Both the position numbers and the translations under genes were made by a program. Shown one piece after another: positions 9,879 to 13,014 of a stretch of DNA of 13,014 bases (position 1 is its first letter; every line of letters begins with the position of its first letter). Source of the stretch: Octopus sinensis (lineage: Eukaryota). A model generated the notes under the pieces. That model saw only the letters and a program-made list of their open reading frames with translations. It searched no databases and was not told the origin of the DNA. The stretch spans positions 1-13,014 of the forward strand of contig NW_021826444.1 of assembly GCF_006345805.1 (NCBI RefSeq), written 5' to 3'.

Positions 9879-10589
9879 TATTCGCTTTAAGCTACAGGAA
9901 GATCATTACTTTAAAACGTCTGTTTGTGCACGCTCTTGCAAATAAAAACAGTGAAATTATATTTTGCTTAGAACTAAATATTTACGTAATTTATGATGTT
10001 TTAGAAAAAGAGTTTAGCTTCCGACAGTGTAGGATCGTGACAAGTTTCCAAACACCGTTTAAAATATATTCAGCTCACATTCGCTGGCAACGTTGTTTAA
10101 AAAAACATATAAAAGAACCCGACTCAATTTCCGATCCGTGAAAAAGAGGAGCCTTTGTTTCTTATCGAGTGATGACCTAATTTACATAATTTATGGTAAT
10201 AATGTGACGATCAGGAAGAAGACACTAAAAGAAGCTTGACTGATTATTTCAAGGATGCTGGTATGAGAATATGTCACTGACCGTAATTTCGCAATTCCTC
10301 TGCAGGTCATCGGATAACGGATGCTCAGAGAACAATTTGATTTTTCTTAACAATATAATGTAATACTGGTAGTAGGGGAAATATCTCATTGCCTAGGGTA
10401 GAAATGACTGTTACTGCTATCATTGGTTATGTTAATAAAATGGGTTACGGTGGATTAACGGATTCTATAGAGCGTTGTTCAAAATATATTCAGAGTTTAC
10501 TCTCACCTGGGTTGACTTGGTGCTTTCTTCAAAATAAGGAGCTACTCAGAGACTGGTGATTGATTTAATCTATCATACACTATGAATTC

Positions 10590-10797
10590 TGATTTCAAAT
10601 TCTGGCACAAGGCCAGAAATTCTGGAGGAGTGGAGAAGTCGATTCCCTCGACTCCAGTTCTCAACAGGTACTTATTTTATTGAAAGGACGAAAGACAAAG
10701 TCGACATCGGCGGAATTTGAACTCAAATCATAAAGACTGACGAAAATGGCGCCAAACATTTTTTTCCCGGTGTGCTAACGATTCCTCCAACTCGCCG
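10590..10797 (-). mobile_element. Older, diverged SINE related to family A with a different 3' tail
   Basis: Contains ggtacttatttt..gaaaggacgaaagacaaagtcgacatcggcggaatttgaactca...gtgctaacgatt...ctcgccg, homologous to about 1445-1610. Its tail (atttcaaattctggcacaaggccagaaatt) differs from that of the younger copies. Confidence 0.82.
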
Positions 10798-10811
10798 ACT
10801 GATAGATATTA

Positions 10812-10902
10812 ATCTGAAATTTAAGCACAAGACTAGCACTTTCGAGGGAGGGGCTAAATCGATTATATCGACCTCTTTGTTCAACTGGTAATTTCTTTAT
10901 GT
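10812..10902 (-). mobile_element. Partial second old family-A-related SINE (3' part), interrupted by the young SINE dimer
   Basis: aaatttaagcacaagactagcactttcg...aatcgattatatcgacc...tcaactggta parallels about 10597-10670. Confidence 0.65.
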
Positions 10903-10903
10903 G

Positions 10904-11315
10904 AAGGCGGCCAGGCAGCAGAAACGGTAGAACGCCGGGCGAAATGCTTAGCGGTATTTCGTCTGCCGCTACGTTCTGAGTTCAAATTCCGCCGAGGTCG
11001 ACTTTGCCTTTCATCCTTTCGGGGTCGATAAATTAAGTACCAGTTACGCACTGGGGTCGATATAATCGACTTAATCCGTCAGTCTGTCCTTGTTTGTCTC
11101 CTATGTTTTTCGCCCCTTGTGGGTAGAAATAGGTATTTCGTCTGCCGCTAGGTTCTGAGTTCAAATTCCGCCGAGGTCGACTTTGCCTTTCATCCTTTCG
11201 GGGTTGATTAAATAAGTACCAGTTACGCACTGGGGTCGATATAATCGACTTAATCCGTTTGCCTGTCCTTGTTTCTCCTCTCTGTGTTTAGCTCCTTGTG
11301 TGTAGTAAAGAAATA
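10904..11315 (+). mobile_element. Young family-A SINE as a head-to-tail dimer (full monomer plus 5'-truncated monomer)
   Basis: Monomer 1 spans 10904-11131 (B box gttcaaattcc at 10980-10990). Segment 10953-11131 is repeated at 11132-11315 (second B box at 11159-11169). Candidate TSD is ggtaatttctttatgt (10887-10902) / ggtacttactttatgt (11316-11331), matching at 14/16. Confidence 0.92.
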
Positions 11316-12647
11316 GGTACTTACTTTATGTTAGCGAGTCCCGTTCGAACCACCAGAGTGTGGTTTTTCGATTTTTTTTTGTATGGGCTTTATGAAAGGT
11401 ATGTATAGTGTAAAGTTATAACGCTGCTCATGTTAGATTTAATAAAGATATCATATTGGGGCTCTGCGATAAAAAGTAAAATGAGACTCGGGAGCCAACA
11501 TGTTAATAGCAAACCTAAACAAGGTTTTCGAAACACCCAAATATATTTATTTAAGACTCTGTACGTTCTGACTTCACAGATCTTAAAGTTCAGCTTTGCT
11601 TTTATCCTTACGCGACTGATAAAACAAATAAGAAAGTACTTGTCAATGCGTTATATCAGTTATATATGAATACCGTAATGTATAGTTATTGACCAGTGTT
11701 AGAACTTAATTTGATAAAAAGTAAATGAGTAGGCAGCTTGTCTCACTGTCAGCTCGGAGGCAGACATTTTTATTCACATAGCTGCTGTATGCTATGACGT
11801 CTTCCAAGAAATAAAATTGTGGTTCAGACTACATATTTCTGAAAACAATTTTGTCGTTTAATCTCATTTCAGATTCCATGTTGTTCAAATAAGATTGTCT
11901 ACAATAATATCCAAATCATCCTTGCTGTTTGAAACAACAGGGAAATATTTAAGGGACATTTAATTGATATTTTAACAGATCATTCATTTTGCTAGAGGCT
12001 TCTCTTGTATCTGATAGGATCTTACATAAGGTCACTTTATGACCCTAGCAAATTATAATCTGCAAATGTTTACATAAAGTTAGTACAGTAATCTACAAAA
12101 GAATCACATACTGAGCTTATCTTATCGAGGTAGATTTAACTGATTTCACTAACAGATTGATGTCCCGGGTAGAGGTTTCGCTTGTTGGGTGATAGATGCC
12201 ACACTTAAAAGTACTACATAAACGTAAAGAAACTGTAAACCATATACGAAGTGAACTTCAAGTGTTGAATTCTAATATCCGTAAAGGTCACATTAAAAGA
12301 TACGTACAGAGTTACATATAGATCATAATGTATTGAAAATATAGGAATACTTAGATTGACGTAACTGATTTTATCAGGTTGACTCGTAGGCGATATTCTT
12401 TCACTACCTGTAATTCATGGATTAAGAGTGATTGTATTACAGTAATCAACTTACCGATGAAAATTTTACTCAACAATGTTATATTCAATGAAAGCAAGCT
12501 GGTTTCTTTTTCAAGGAAACCTTTAATGACAGGTGTTTAATCCCATATGTCCTTTTGTTTATAAAACGCTAAATTGTGGTTGAGAGAGAGTTGTTTGTTG
12601 TTCTCAGTAGGTCGAACAATCGCGTAGCACTTCGTGAACAACAATGT

Positions 12648-12659
12648 TGTGTGTGTGTG

Positions 12660-12689
<30 letters not shown>
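12648..12689. repeat. (TG)n(TA)n microsatellite adjoining the palindromic element
   Basis: Directly visible. Confidence 0.95.
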
Positions 12690-12693
<4 letters not shown>

Positions 12694-12741
12694 AAACAAG
12701 TCAAGATAGAAAATGCTAAAATAATTTTATAAAGAACATCT

Positions 12742-12778
12742 CAGTACCGGTTTCGATCATTTGAGACCTTTTCAACTG
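12742..12778 (-). ncRNA. Putative minimal type I hammerhead ribozyme (U3-A8 variant core)
   Basis: Minus-strand RNA reads CAG [helix I] UUGAAAA [core] GGUC-ucaaau-GAUC [helix II] GAAA CCGG UA [helix III palindrome ACCGGU, GUA cleavage triplet] CUG [helix I]. The predicted cut lies between 12745 and 12744. Confidence 0.7.
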
Positions 12779-12934
12779 TAACAATTAAAACATTAAATTT
12801 AGAAAAATTAAAAGAAAAGTTTTTTTAAAAGAATATTTACATAGTGTTCAATATGAACACTATATGAACACTATACAAATATTCTTTTAAAACATTTTCT
12901 TTTAATTTTTCTAAATTTAATGTTTTAATTGTTA

Positions 12935-12971
12935 TAGTTGAAAAGGTATTAAATGATCGAAACCGGTACTG
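12935..12971 (+). ncRNA. Second putative minimal hammerhead ribozyme copy (slightly decayed)
   Basis: Plus-strand RNA reads UAG UUGAAAA GGU-auuaaaug-AUC GAAA CCGG UA CUG. The core is identical to the other copy, but helix II is reduced to 3 bp and helix I has a U-G pair. The predicted cut is after 12968. Confidence 0.6.
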
Positions 12972-13014
12972 AAATATTCTTTATAAAATTACTTTAGCAT
13001 TTTCTATCTTGACT

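Larger units (their letters stand above)
12699..13014. mobile_element. Long inverted repeat, a probable Penelope-like element inverted terminal (pLTR) structure; it runs off the window end
   Basis: Arm 12699-12850 is the reverse complement of arm 12865-13014, with 8 substitutions and one small indel region by manual alignment, around a 14-nt spacer. Each arm holds a hammerhead motif. The palindrome is certain; the Penelope assignment is inferred. Confidence 0.75.

Noticed and set aside
9628-9945. 105-aa ORF on the + strand
   Set aside because: It lies mostly antisense within the non-autonomous Helitron, starts at GTG and has no recognisable motif.
10205-10340. Possible two-exon fragment (DDQEEDTKRSLTDYFKDA G|gtatga ... 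ctctgcag|GT HRITDAQRTI*)
   Set aside because: The implied intron is only about 45 nt, there is an in-frame stop just upstream, no good upstream acceptor exists, and the peptide is not recognisable.
10953-11315. Direct repeats as a CRISPR array or LTR pair
   Set aside because: These are two adjacent ~180-bp SINE monomers with no spacers, no TG..CA termini and no internal region; the context is eukaryotic.

Overview
AT-rich, repeat-saturated eukaryotic non-coding DNA (intronic or intergenic). The repeat make-up (tRNA-derived SINEs, R4/Dong LINE relics in trinucleotide tracts, dense microsatellites) suggests an octopus or other coleoid cephalopod; this is an inference. No intact protein-coding gene is supported, and most ORFs in the supplied track are microsatellite artefacts. 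Recognisable content: a Tc1/mariner (maT/DD37D-like) transposase C-terminal relic; several SINEs of at least two families, one with a 12-bp TSD and one a tandem dimer nested in an older SINE; three head-to-tail R4/Dong-type RLE retrotransposon 3' ends separated by trinucleotide microsatellites; a TTAA piggyBac-like MITE; a complete-looking non-autonomous Helitron; and a ~900-bp (TA)n tract. The most notable item is a ~316-bp near-perfect palindrome at the window end. Each arm carries a minimal type I hammerhead ribozyme motif with a U3-A8 variant core and a palindromic helix III, as expected for a Penelope-like element terminal repeat.
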